NCBI GenBank assembly: GCA_977862235.1
Contig: OZ374561.1
Coordinates: 186,001-250,000 of the forward strand
DNA: 64,000 nucleotides
Source of the DNA: Dudresnaya verticillata
Taxonomy: Eukaryota
Direction: 5' to 3'
Shown here: positions 9,490-21,207 of the stretch, one piece after another
How the letters are laid out: the number at the start of each line of letters is the position of its first letter
Numbering within the stretch: position 1 is the stretch's first letter
Notes under the pieces: generated by a model
What the model was told of the DNA's origin: nothing
The model's input: only the letters and a program-made list of their open reading frames with translations
Databases searched by the model: none
Position numbers and translations under genes: made by a program

Positions 9490-11559
9490 ATGCCTCCTCC
9501 GCGCATTTCAGAGTCGTCAGACGAGGACGACGAGCTCCCTCTAGCCGCAGTCGCCGCAGCGCGCAACCCCAAGCGTCTGCGCGAGGCCAACGGTCACGGC
9601 GACCCTCGCCCAGCGAAGCGTGTGCCCAAGCGCGAGCCAAAGCGCGAGCCGAAACGCGAGCCGAAACGCGAGCCTAAGCGCGAGCCTAAGCGCGAACCCA
9701 AGCGCGCGGGCGGCCCGAGCCGTGGTGAAGGCGGTGGGGATCCCGGCAGGGACGGTGGCGCTTACCGCTGGTGGGACGAAAGCGAGCAAGACGGTGATGA
9801 AGACAAAGCCCGCATCAAATGGACCACGCTCGCGCACAACGCCGTTATCTTCCCACCCGAATACGAGCCACACGGCGTTCCGCTCATGTACAATGGTGAA
9901 CCAGTTGAGCTTTCTGTTCGCACAGAGGAAGTTGCTAGCTTCTACGCCGCGAAGCTTGAGACAGACTATGTCACGAAGGCGACATTTCGCCGCAACTTTT
10001 TCGAGGACTTTCGAGCAGTCCTTAAGGGCACGCCTGCTGGCCGTTTGGTGAAGAAATTGGAGCTCTGTGACTTTGGACGGATTCATGCACACCTGGAGCA
10101 AAGAAAGCAGGAGAAGAAAGCTATCCCAATAGCTGAGCGGAAGAAGATTCGAGAGGAGGAGGCTGCCAAATGTAAGAAGTATACCATCGCACTTGTCGAC
10201 GGTCGCGAGGAAAAGGTTGGCAACTTCCGTGTGGAACCTCCAGGACTGTTCTTGGGACGAGGGGAACATCCGAAGATGGGCAAAGTCAAGTCACGAATCT
10301 ACCCAGAGGATATCACGGTCAACATCGGCCCGGAGTCAGAAGTCCCCGCATGCTTGGAAGGACACCGATGGGGTAAAGTTGTACACAAGAAGGATGTCAC
10401 ATGGCTGTGTTATTGGAAGGACACTATAACAGGCGGTTCCAAGTACGTGTGGTTGGCAGCGGGATCTGCATTCAAAGGCATGTCTGATCACGCAAAGTTC
10501 GAGAAGGCGCGTCGTCTTAAGAAGTACATTGAACAGATTCGACGTGACTACAAGGAAGGTTGGAAGGCAAGAAGCAAGGAGGTTCGCCAACGCTCCGTGG
10601 CGATGTATCTCATCGACAAGCTAGCGCTTCGAGTTGGAAATGAGAAAGGCGAGGACGAAGCGGATACAGTCGGCTGCTGCTCACTTAGGGTAGAGCACGT
10701 CAATTTCATCCCTCCACGGACTGTTGAATTTGACTTTTTGGGTAAGGACAGCATCCGATACTACAACTCGGTCGAGGTGAGACCACCGGTTTTCGATAAC
10801 CTGCGGCTCTTTTGCAGAGGGAAGGGTCCGAGTGAGGAAATCTTTCACCGGCTAACTGTGACTGGGCTCAACGACTACTTAAAGTCTTTGATGGATGGCT
10901 TGAGTGCGAAAGTATTCCGTACTTTCAACGCCTCACAAACGCTGGATGGATTGTTGCAGAGGACTCCAGAAGGCTCAGATTTGAACGAAAAGATTGTGTT
11001 CTACAACCAACAAAACAAGGAGGTAGCGATCCTCTGTAACCATCAGAGAGCGCTTCCAAAGGCCCATACGTCCCAGATGGAGAAAATGGACAAACGGTTA
11101 ACCGATACGGAAGAATGGCTCTCCGAACTTGAGCGTGGCCGAAGCGTCTTGCGTCGAAGGAAAGGGAAGAAGTCGGAGAATGAAACTGTTGAGCTGACTC
11201 AATGGATGCCGGAAAAGCCGGTAATCAAAGAAGGTATGGATGACAAAGCTCGTGCTGAAGAAAGAAAGCGTGCAGCGGAAGCGCCGAGAATAGAGACAAA
11301 GCGCGTCAAGAAGCTGCCACAGATAGAATCTGAGATTAAGCGAGTGAATGAACGACTCGCTAAACTCAGAGCTGACATGCAAGTGAAAGAGGATTTGAAG
11401 ACGGTTGCCCTGGGCACATCAAAAATTAACTACCTCGATCCTCGAATAACTGTGGCCTGGTGCAAAAAGCATGAAGTGCCGATTGAAAAGATCTTCGCTA
11501 AGACCTTGCTGGTGAAGTTCGCATGGGCTATGGAAACTACTGAGGACTATCGGTTTTAG
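9490..11559 (+). CDS. TOP1: DNA topoisomerase I (type IB)
   Basis: KWTTLAHN, EPPGLFLGRGEHPKMG, ALRVGNEK, ADTVGCCSLRVEH, FDFLGKDSIRY, AKVFRT, LCNHQR and catalytic SKINYLDPR. Confidence 0.98.
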   Translation: MPPPRISESSDEDDELPLAAVAAARNPKRLREANGHGDPRPAKRVPKREPKREPKREPKREPKREPKREPKRAGGPSRGEGGGDPGRDGGAYRWWDESEQDGDEDKARIKWTTLAHNAVIFPPEYEPHGVPLMYNGEPVELSVRTEEVASFYAAKLETDYVTKATFRRNFFEDFRAVLKGTPAGRLVKKLELCDFGRIHAHLEQRKQEKKAIPIAERKKIREEEAAKCKKYTIALVDGREEKVGNFRVEPPGLFLGRGEHPKMGKVKSRIYPEDITVNIGPESEVPACLEGHRWGKVVHKKDVTWLCYWKDTITGGSKYVWLAAGSAFKGMSDHAKFEKARRLKKYIEQIRRDYKEGWKARSKEVRQRSVAMYLIDKLALRVGNEKGEDEADTVGCCSLRVEHVNFIPPRTVEFDFLGKDSIRYYNSVEVRPPVFDNLRLFCRGKGPSEEIFHRLTVTGLNDYLKSLMDGLSAKVFRTFNASQTLDGLLQRTPEGSDLNEKIVFYNQQNKEVAILCNHQRALPKAHTSQMEKMDKRLTDTEEWLSELERGRSVLRRRKGKKSENETVELTQWMPEKPVIKEGMDDKARAEERKRAAEAPRIETKRVKKLPQIESEIKRVNERLAKLRADMQVKEDLKTVALGTSKINYLDPRITVAWCKKHEVPIEKIFAKTLLVKFAWAMETTEDYRF
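9625..9705 (+). repeat. Coding 12-nt tandem repeat (PKRE)6-PKR in the TOP1 N-terminus
   Basis: ccN-aaR-cgc-gaR units with synonymous differences between copies. Confidence 0.9.
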
Positions 11560-13748
11560 ACCTGTCTATAACCCACACCTGTTTCAATAGGTACGGCATG
11601 CAGACCTCATACAGCTCTACACTGCAATAAACCATAGGGCGGTAAACGAAGACGAACGAGTTGTGTCACAGGTTCGACCATGAGGCTGCAAAACAATGAA
11701 GGCAATACATGGCACGACCTTGCGAAAGAAACAAATCAGCAGATGGATGCCATTTTCGCTTCGTCCTTCAACTGCTGTCTTGGGTTTGTGTACACGAAGC
11801 GAAACTGCGAAAATAAAACTGCACGGCGTCGTCTGTTGGACTTGAACCGTACCTTTTGGTTGGCCCTGCCGCCTAGTGAGTCAGTACGCACCACTGTGGC
11901 CTAATCCTCATGTCCCCTTTCCGACGCGAAGAATGATATTCAATGTTCAGACTGCCCCCTTCGCATGCGCATCTCTACCACCGCTGTGATCAATCCCAAG
12001 CTGGCCGGCCAAAATCACCACTACAGTACTACTACATGAAGCTACTGCCGCATTTCTTCCGTCAAATGTAGGGTTTTGAGGCTATATGCATGCACGCATG
12101 ACTCCTCACCGCAGCCGGTCGGGTGTGCGCCTTGCTGCGCGCGAGCCAGAACAGTCTTCCAGAGGTCCGCCGATATGTTCTAGCGTCTTTGGGACTCCAG
12201 CAAACAGACTCGGGCCTCCTGGACAGAGCAATAGCAGTAACCGCCTGGGACACCGACAATGCTTTCAGCAACTTCGCCTACTGAAAAATAGCTGCCAAAC
12301 CCTTTCTGTCTGCCTCCGCTACTGTTACTGGGGCAAAGACGCCTATCCCACCAGCCTGCACGGGCCCTTTGGTCTGGTGTTCACCCAAGGCCTTGAGTCA
12401 AGGGTGCCCCTCTGAAAGGTTTGTCTCGGAGACGCCTTCAACAGTTGAACTTCAACAATTCATTGTTGACACTCATCCGCGACTTGCGGGGTTGTCGGAC
12501 CTCAAAATCGGTCCATCTTGCGCTGGATTCGTCAGTCAGGATTCCTCGGTGGCGAACGCACCTGGATGCCGGATCCGGCCAGATCAAGCAGGTCAAAACC
12601 GAAAGACGCGCACTTTGCCCTTCGTAGAGCGCACGCCACGTGCCACAGTGCCAGGTAATCGGTGGGATCGTCACGTGGTGAGCGAGAGCAGGGTAACGGG
12701 GGAAACAGATCACGTGCTGTTTTCCAAAACGTGGCCTACTACTAGCCGCGCGCCACAGCCTCGACGCCTCGGGCTGCGGTCAAGTCTCATCACCAAAAGG
12801 CAAGAATTATGTGCCAGATTGTGCGACGCTCATTTGAGGCCATCTCTTACGTTCAGCGTCTCCAGTGGATCTGGGAGGAGATTCCTAGCCTCAGGGAAGG
12901 CGTGGCAAAGAGTGAATGCGGAAACGTTGGGTATGTAGTCCACTCCACGTCGTGGACTCTGGCACCAGGATCTTTATCACTGTTCTAATGTGCGGCATTT
13001 TCCGCTTGGGGGCATCCCACTGTCAGTGGGTTTGGCTTTCTATTGTTGTGGCCACCAGCTACGGCATTTGCAAGGATGCCGTGAACGACACAACAACAAT
13101 GTAAGATGCAAGCATGAAACCACAGAGTAACGATTGGAAGTAGTAGAAGCACTCAGGGAAAGGCATTTTTGCGAGCTCCCTGGTCTTCACGAATTGTCTG
13201 CAGATAATATACCAGATGAGGCTCAGGAGCAGCGTTCAGAGATGTGCACTCTGGGCTTGGGGTGCGCGTCCGACTCGCCTATGTATTGAATGTCGCACCG
13301 ACGGACCGCAAGATACACCAACACCTTTGGTGCACAACGCCTTCAGAATGACAATCAATCCTGGCGTTTGAAGGAGGAACGCACTTGCTTTTCGATGGTG
13401 AGGCGGCGATTGTGCCAGGTTTCAGCTTGACCGTGCTTGATCTTCCAATTGGCTTTGAAAACCAGTTGCGCTCAATTCCAGCTGCTCATGTATGCATCTC
13501 CTCCAAGTCTAGCCATGTCTTCAAATGTCGGTCATAGCAAGCTCATTGTTGGCAACCCGCCAAGTGTTGGCCAGCCGACATGGCCTGGAATCTGCAGCGA
13601 GGCTTGGCAGGCCGCTATCTAAGGAAAACTGATATACATCCACCGTTCACTTAAAACTCTATCCACACCTCTACGAGCACGGCACAAAGGGACATAATAT
13701 CAACTACAACCTTTGGGCAAAAAAAGTGCTCACCAGTACATCCATGAT

Positions 13749-15362
13749 CTATCGCAAGACTTGTGCATCTTCCCCGCGTGCTGAGGGCCCATCTACTGAT
13801 GGCGCTGCCATGTAGGAATATCCTGCGATATTCGATGCCTTCTTCTTGGTTGCCACGAAAAGGGCAAATACGTCTGGTCGCTTCTTGCCTTCCTCCCCCT
13901 CGTCCTCTAAGAGAGTATCGGCTTCCTTCCCGGTCATATCCTCACCCTTTGTCGCCGTTGAGTGCGTTGCATCGGTGTTGGTTGACTTTGATCCCCTACT
14001 GCTTCCTCCAGTGTCTATTGGGTTCTTCTCAACGACAATATTATCTGGATGGTCAACGCGATCGAAGAGGCCCTCCCAATCCATGTCCCGGAAGAACGGG
14101 TGTCGCTTGATTTCGTTAATTCCTTCCGGCCCAAGTCCCAATCTTGTGTTGGGGTTACGATCCAGCAAGCCACGGATTAGAGAGACAACTTCTGAAGACA
14201 AGTTTCTCGGGAAGCGCAACGGACCGTTTTCGATCTTCAAGTAGACCTCCTCACGGTTTCGCGAGTAGAATGGCGTCCGCCCGCACAGAATTTCATACAG
14301 TAAGATGCCGAAGGCCCACAGGTCGACCGATTGGCCATATTCGCTGCCGCTAAGCATCTCTGGGGCAACGTATTCGCGGGTTCCACAAAATGTCTTTGTC
14401 ATGCTGACCGGTTTCGGAGGAGCAATGCGCAAATTAGCTGACGGGGCTGGAGGTGGTTTGCGCGAGTTATGCCTTCGCTTTCCTAGCAGCTTTGACAAGC
14501 CGAAGTCAGCGATGCGGACGTGTCCATCCAAGTCCAAAAGGACATTTTCAAGCTTGAGGTCGCGATACACAACGCCAAGACTATGGATATATTCAAGTGC
14601 CAGCAAGATTTCACCGGCGATTCGCCGTCCCTCCGGTTCCTTGAAGGGCTTTCCACGCTTCTTCAAATAATCAAAGAGGTCGCCGCCATCACAATATTCC
14701 GTGACAAGGTATAACCGCCGTTGAGTCTGGAACGCGTACCGCAAATTGAGAATGAATGGATGATCGCAAGCCATCTCCAGGACCAGACGTTCGTCCAGGG
14801 CGTGCCGGTATGCGTCGTCGTTTTCGTAGACGGAGCTCTTCTCAATTACCTTGAGGGCGAGGTGCTCGCCGCTGAGGCTGTCACGCACAAGGAAGACCCG
14901 ACCGCTTGCGCCCTTACCGACTTGAGAGAGAATCTCAAAGTCGTTCAAGCTGACGGTTCGCTGGGTGGCAGCTCTAACGAGGGCGGAATGCCACTTTTTG
15001 GTTTCGACCGAGTCCTTCATCTTGACCTCCATGGTAGCCTCACCAGGAGCGCGCTTAATCTTGATGCGGTTCTTCTTGGTCTCGCTCCTCATCCTTGCCT
15101 CCTTCAAGCTAATCATCATGACGTTCTCCGCAGCGGTCCTCTTCGCAAGCTGCTCCGGATTGGCACGGGAGCTCTGCTCACCCACGACATGCAAAAGGAG
15201 AGTGTTGCCACGCAGCTCTGCCCAGCATCTCTTGGACGCGCGCCACCGCAGGTGACCTACGGGTCGTGCGTAGACCCAGGCACTCTTGACGGCCGGGATG
15301 CGGCGCACGAGCGACAGGGCCTCTTCATGGGAGCTGCGTGCGACCTTTGCAGGGGCACTCAT
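13749..15362 (-). CDS. AGC-family Ser/Thr kinase with putative N-terminal PH domain (PKB/Akt/SGK/S6K-like)
   Basis: GKGASGRV, ALK, YRDLKLEN, DFG, TFCGTREYVAPE, hydrophobic-motif-like AGYSY. Upstream PH-like segment (KRCWAELRGNTLLL...TKKWHSAL). Start inferred at MSAPAK. Confidence 0.9.
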   Translation of the reverse strand: MSAPAKVARSSHEEALSLVRRIPAVKSAWVYARPVGHLRWRASKRCWAELRGNTLLLHVVGEQSSRANPEQLAKRTAAENVMMISLKEARMRSETKKNRIKIKRAPGEATMEVKMKDSVETKKWHSALVRAATQRTVSLNDFEILSQVGKGASGRVFLVRDSLSGEHLALKVIEKSSVYENDDAYRHALDERLVLEMACDHPFILNLRYAFQTQRRLYLVTEYCDGGDLFDYLKKRGKPFKEPEGRRIAGEILLALEYIHSLGVVYRDLKLENVLLDLDGHVRIADFGLSKLLGKRRHNSRKPPPAPSANLRIAPPKPVSMTKTFCGTREYVAPEMLSGSEYGQSVDLWAFGILLYEILCGRTPFYSRNREEVYLKIENGPLRFPRNLSSEVVSLIRGLLDRNPNTRLGLGPEGINEIKRHPFFRDMDWEGLFDRVDHPDNIVVEKNPIDTGGSSRGSKSTNTDATHSTATKGEDMTGKEADTLLEDEGEEGKKRPDVFALFVATKKKASNIAGYSYMAAPSVDGPSARGEDAQVLR

Positions 15363-16957
15363 TTCGGAGCGGCACGGGGAGAGGAGGGAGAGCGGAAGAT
15401 GAGCGCACAGCCAACAGCAGAAGGTAGCAAAAGCCACGGAAAAGATGGTGGGCGGGAACGAGCAAGCAAAAGTTGGATGCGGTACGGGCGAGCGGTTGTG
15501 GCTGACGCAGAGGTGCAGCAGCGGAGCTACGCGCGGACGCGCAAGACTTGGGTGCAAGCCGAGTGCACGTACAAAGGAAGACGGGGGCGGCAGGGTGGGC
15601 GAGGGGTCGGCGCGACCAAACAGCGAAGGCACGTGTGCTTGAATAGGGCGGCGGAGCAGGGGGCGGGGCGGCGAAGGGGACGGGGCGAGGGAAAGGGACG
15701 GGTGGCCGGCAGCGACGGAAGGTGCGTGCGTGGAGCTTGTTCCTGGTAACGGAACGAAGTAGGCGTGGACGGGCAAGAGGGGAACAGGGAGCGGGGCGGC
15801 GCGGGCGCTGCGTGGGGTGCGAGGAAGGTCTGGGTACGGGTGCGCGCGCGCGGTGGCGGACAAAGATGACAGACGAGGGAGAGGGGTGGGGGGGCTCGTT
15901 CAGTATGCTCGGGGCTTCGGGCGGGCAGGGAAAAACGGACCGAAGCAGGCGCGGTGCAAGGGCGGTTGGCAGGGCGCGCAGGCAGGACACGCGTGGCGCG
16001 CGCTGGGCCGAGCGACGCGCCACGTGCACGCGCGGCGCGCGAGGTCCGAGCGTGGGGGCCGTGGCGAGCACTTGGCGCACGACCATTGGTCGGATGGCTC
16101 CCGAGGCGGGTCTGCCGACCGCGCCGCTTCCGCGCCCTGCAAAGCCTAACCCGCACCCAACGCCATTGGCCGCCGCGCTGCTGCATCGCCCCGCCGGGGC
16201 GCGCGCTACACGCCCCGCGGACCGCTCCCGCCCGGCCTCTCCCGCTTTGCCCCCGGCCGACAACAGCAGCAGCACCTTCAGCCGCCTCCCTGGGCGCCGC
16301 GAACATGTTACGGTCGTCGACCACATCGCCAGCGTCAACTGTCCGCGGCAGTTTGCTGCACGCTGCGCCTGCGCCCCGCGCGCACTGTTGGCGTGAGGAC
16401 GCGGTCGCCTTCGCACACATTCTCAGCATTTTGCCAGCGCCGATGCACAACAGCAACAACCCCGCCGCCCCACCAAACCGCCCCGCTCCGCGCATCCACC
16501 CTCCACAGCACCCGCCGTCCCAGCGCTCCGCCACAGGACAGACAGACAAAGCCCGCGCAGCGCGTGTCCTCTTCGACGACGCCAACACCACGCAGGCGCT
16601 TACACATACACACACGCCGCGCCCGCGCGGCGTGGCACAAATACCGCGCTCAACGGCCAATCCGCGCGTGGTTGACGCGGATGCGTTTACTCGTGCCCTT
16701 CCACATGCCGCGGCGGCACGCGGTCCATTCCGCCCCTCATCACCCGCTGCACCTCGCTGGAACGGTCCGCATTGTACACACATCCCCGCACTCACGTCTG
16801 GAGCCCGCCCGCACACGCTCACGCACACACGCCGCACGCGCGCTGTATGCCCGCACTCCAACCGACGCGCAGAGCCGCGCGGTTGTGTTTTCTGCCGTTG
16901 TCTTGCGGGCGCCGCGTCGCCGCCCAATTTCTTGATTCCCACATCCGAACGCGAACG

Positions 16958-16991
<34 letters not shown>
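16958..16991 (+). repeat. Poly-C homopolymer (C34), G-quadruplex/i-motif capable
   Basis: Direct count within a GC-rich non-coding island. Confidence 0.9.
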
Positions 16992-16992
<1 letters not shown>

Positions 16993-19168
16993 TGCCAGCA
17001 GCCTGGACACCATGGACAGACGCGCAGCCGCGCAGCGTCTGTGTCCTGTCTGTGTGCTGCCGCCGCCGGCTCGCCAAACCTTCATTCACGCCCCCGCCGG
17101 CGCGGTCGCACGCGCGCGCGCGTTGTGCGTGCATGCTTGCGTGCGTGCGAGATGCAGCACTGTCCGGCAAGCACCGCGGCGCTCCGCCGTTCCGCCCCTG
17201 CTGAATGCCGGGGAACGCTCGCAAGCACTCAAAACCCCCGATGCGCTCTGCTGTCTGCGTCTCGCCGACGGCGTCTCTACGCTCGTGCACATCGTCAACG
17301 CCATCTGTCTTGCGTACAGTTACCGCACGCGCCACAGCGGCTCAACGCGACGGTAAAACGCCCTAGTCCCGAGAGCAGCAGTGCACTTTCTACAGCTGTT
17401 TGGCACCCGCCGCAGAAACACAAGCGCCAAACCCCCGCTCAAGAGGCCGTGCTGCGCAGTGCAGTCATCTTGCAGTCTTTCTCTACATTCTGTGGCCGCT
17501 ATCCGCCGATCGCTGCGTACGGTATGCGTGTGTTGCAAGTGTGTGCGTCGCATTAGCAGTGTCTTCGCGCGCAGCCTAGCCTCGACCCACGCGCTACACA
17601 CAACCTCACACAGCACGCTCAACACATTCACCCACCCGCGCCCGCGCCCCCGCCCCCGCCCGCGCCCCCGCCGGCCGCACATCCAGTCCCCACCCACCCG
17701 CTGCTGTCAACCAACACCGCCTGCCTGCGCCTTGCGCCCTGCGTCCACGAGCCGCACAGCACGCACGCTCCACCGCGGCGGCCGCAGTCAACCGCGCCGC
17801 GCCGATCGTATCCTGCGCGCAGCATGCATGCTTCCAGGGGCGCTTTGCGCCTTGGCTTGCCTCTCCGCATCTCCCCCCTCTGTGCTCGCCCGCAACGGCA
17901 ACTGTCAACAATCACAACGGCCCTTCAGAACTGTAGTGAAGCGCTCGCCGACGGCGGGCTCACGAGATGAGGCGGAGGTGCGCCATGCTATATTCTTTTA
18001 TTGTACCCCTCTCGCGTGCACATGGCACCGCAGCGAAGACCACACCCCCCGACAATCCGCGCCGGCTGAACCCGCCGTTCTCACAATAATCACCCGACCC
18101 GCGCTCCAGCTTTGTCTGTGTGTCCAACACTGTGCCTTGCTTCCGAGAGCCGGTCCGCCTCGCTTGATACGTAGTCGTGCAGATAAAAGATCAAGCTCCT
18201 CGTTTCGCCTTGCGTGCGGCGACTGCAACCATGTGGAAGATTTTTAAGGTGTGGCATGGTATGGCAACCGGCCCCGTCGCGGCCTGACTGGACTGCGATA
18301 AACGGCGTGAACTGATTTCAAGGGGGCGGTGATATCTCGACATCCCGAACACCTCGGCTCGAATTTCGCAGACCTCGCGCATGGCAAGTACAATAACATT
18401 GTCTAAATCTCTCCACTCGAACAATTTGCGTCCGCGACAACGAGATCCACAACAGCATGCTTTACTAGCATCTGATGCGGCCCTGGTAAGACATAGCGCT
18501 TCTGACAGCAAACAATGCAGGCATCCCGGATCGACTGCGCTGTGCAGCTGGCCCTAGCACTGCCGGGTCATTTGAGGGTGCAGATGCGCCTGGTTCTGAG
18601 GGCCAACTCGATAAACAGTGCTCCCTTCTCATCTCAGCAACGGGGCACAGGTCCGGCAGAAGTCGGAGACCTGCCCAGCCGGCCTCCTCGTGCTACTGAT
18701 GACGTGTTGCATGTTGTCGTTAGAACTGTGTCGGGCAACCGTGTGTTTTCATTGGATCTATTATTGAGATTTGCGACCATCGCAAATATGCTTCCATCAG
18801 AGGTATTCAATTCATAGTATAGAGCTGCTCATGAGCATTCCCCTTGATTGTTCCTTCTCAACTTATAACTGCAGAACATGCAATAGAAAACATATTGCTG
18901 TGTTCGTACGACCTCTTCTTGATGACCGAGCTTGTAAGCAACCAATAAGTAGATCTCACTTCGACTTCACAAGCGGTACAAGACTCATATTGCTGCGCAC
19001 CACAACAGCTTCACTCCAGTTCCACTTGCAGTATTTTCATTCCATTTGCTTGACCCTACGAATAGATACTACTCACATCGCTGCCATTTTTGCGCGACAT
19101 TACCAACGGAGAGAGGACGATGCTTCAAGATACTGCTTGCATAATAGTGAAGAAAAACTTGCTGGAGA

Positions 19169-19960
19169 TGGACAATAGCAATGATTACATCGACGCTGAA
19201 ACGACTGGACGACAACACCAAAATCGGTCCATGACACACTTGCTTCCTTTGAGAAACGCAACCCAATCTTGAGATAAGTTGTCAATATAAATCGTTGTTT
19301 GTTGTAACATTGCATTTGCTTTTACTGTAGCAATGGAATAGCTCCGCTAGTAGAATGCTCAAGTGGTTCTTGCCAGCGGTAAACTTGAATATGCGGTCTG
19401 CTCGCTATGAGCGTGCATGGATGTCTCGCATGTGGATTAGCATCTCGCATGACATAGTGGTTTCTTTGAATATAGAGGACAAGATAGGGTAGGCCTTGGA
19501 TTTGTTCAGCGATGGCGGCTTTCCAGAACTTTACCGGCTTTCCTGCACTGGAAGGTGACCAAAATATCAAGTTCGGTTGCCGTGTTATTGAGGAAGATAT
19601 ATTATCCGAACAGTTAGAGGATGCTGTCTTTGTTTTTATAAACGACGGTCTACCAATCTTGCTAGAGACGTTGATTTGTACCTGGATGAGATACTTCCCC
19701 ATTCCTAATATCTCAATGCTAGCAAATTACGTCGGGGCAGGGTGGAGACTAAACGAGAAAGGCTTGCAGTTCAATTGACTGTTCTCCAGAAATGTTCTAC
19801 TAACCTTTCGTTGATATCTCCTTACGGATACTTCGTACTTCTCGTTGGGCGTTAGATATTTGTTAACGTTAGTCACTTGCTTCGTCAAGTATGCAAAACC
19901 TAGGTTTTGAATGCTCTTCATGCTTTCCAACACTAGCTAGGACTTTCTCGCAAATCAGTC
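19169..19960 (+). pseudogene. Possible decayed gene or TE fragment in an AT-rich interval
   Basis: Protein-like pieces (QWNSSASRMLKWFLPAVNL..., MAAFQNFTGFPALEGDQNIKFGCRVIEEDILSEQLEDAVFVF...) broken by stops and frameshifts; no family recognised. Confidence 0.2.
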
Positions 19961-20415
19961 ATCTCCAGAACCATCTGCTGGAAGGATATGCAGCAGCGGG
20001 GATCAAGGTAAACTTTATAGCATGAAATGCCGAAGCTTCGATTTGCATAGACACATAAAGGCACGGACAGAATAAAACGATGTGGGATTCGAAATAATAC
20101 ACGTCATGAATTATCCAATGAGAAATAACACCTGGCAGCGGCCAGTGCACAGCCAGCACGGCGTTCGAGCTGCATGCTTCTTTTGCTCAGCGACCTTCTA
20201 CATTGTAGTGCTGGAATTGCTCTTGTGCGCTTTGGCGACTTCCCCCACACCGAGTGACCATCCCAACGGTTTTCGTCTTTCCCGGAACGGCTTTTGTCGC
20301 CAGGTCCGGCTCTTTTCCTCCCTCACCAGTTACAAAACTGGAGCTGTGGAACAATTCGCTAGGGTTTCGCTGCGACGTCAGAGGTCTTGTCTGGAATGAC
20401 ACCCGATCTCGGCAA

Positions 20416-21075
20416 ATGGGAAAATCGATCGTGAGCGTATACATCATCGTAGCACTGGTGTTCATCGTGGTTTCAGATCTCCCGCGCCATGCCACTGCGG
20501 ATGATAGCGAGCTTCCACCGATTAGAACGGAGGTGAAGTATGTAGATGACAAGGAGGTCAAGCCGGACGATCCGAATGCGGCATGGGAGGAATGGGGTGA
20601 AACGCCGGATTCTAGAAAGAATCCGTTTCCTCGTCGTCAACGCAAAATTGAAGTCGGAATGGATGTTAACACCATTATGGGGATGGCGATGCGACAACCG
20701 AAAGTCATCACAGCTGTGCTGACCCCGGAGTTTGGCAGCAATCCGGAGATCGGCCAGCTGGTCACAGGCAAGTTCAGAAACCAAATGGCTGCTGCAGGAA
20801 TAGGATGCAGATTGTGGTTTGTCCTGCAAGGACGTCAGGTCATTGCCAATTGTGAGACTATTAGGGACGGACATATGGCAAAGGACTATATGATCATGCA
20901 GCACGAAATCATGCGGACTGTTATCGACAACGTTCCGTTTACTCCTAAACCAAGGCCTAAAGACGACGACGACGACGATGACGACGACGACGACAATGAA
21001 GAGGATGATAAAAGGAAGTTTCGTGGCGCGGAGAGAGTACATCCTCAGACAGACGAAGAAAAGGAAGACCTCTAA
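20416..21075 (+). CDS. MESD-like ER-lumenal chaperone
   Basis: Hydrophobic signal peptide (MGKSIVSVYIIVALVFIVVS), WEEWG motif, compact alpha/beta core ending KDYMIMQHEIMRTVIDNVPF resembling the Mesd domain end, acidic tract, C-terminal KEDL retention-like signal. Confidence 0.65.
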   Translation: MGKSIVSVYIIVALVFIVVSDLPRHATADDSELPPIRTEVKYVDDKEVKPDDPNAAWEEWGETPDSRKNPFPRRQRKIEVGMDVNTIMGMAMRQPKVITAVLTPEFGSNPEIGQLVTGKFRNQMAAAGIGCRLWFVLQGRQVIANCETIRDGHMAKDYMIMQHEIMRTVIDNVPFTPKPRPKDDDDDDDDDDDNEEDDKRKFRGAERVHPQTDEEKEDL

Positions 21076-21207
21076 CTTAGGGACTTTGTAGCTTGGTAAC
21101 ATGAAATTGAGCTATTCTTTGCACTGCAACACAAGCACTGGATGACGTTATCTCCGCGAATGAAAGACACTGCCAGTCTGGCATAGATCCCGCCGCTGGC
21201 CAACCGA

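Noticed and set aside
11600..13700. 189-aa ORF 12369-12938 and broken - strand frames between TOP1 and the kinase
   Set aside because: Non-ATG start, no recognisable motifs or coding bias
15325..18247. Long overlapping ORFs (363, 602, 416 and 288 aa)
   Set aside because: Arg/Ala/Pro/Gly-rich in all frames, as expected from stop-poor GC-rich DNA; no domains
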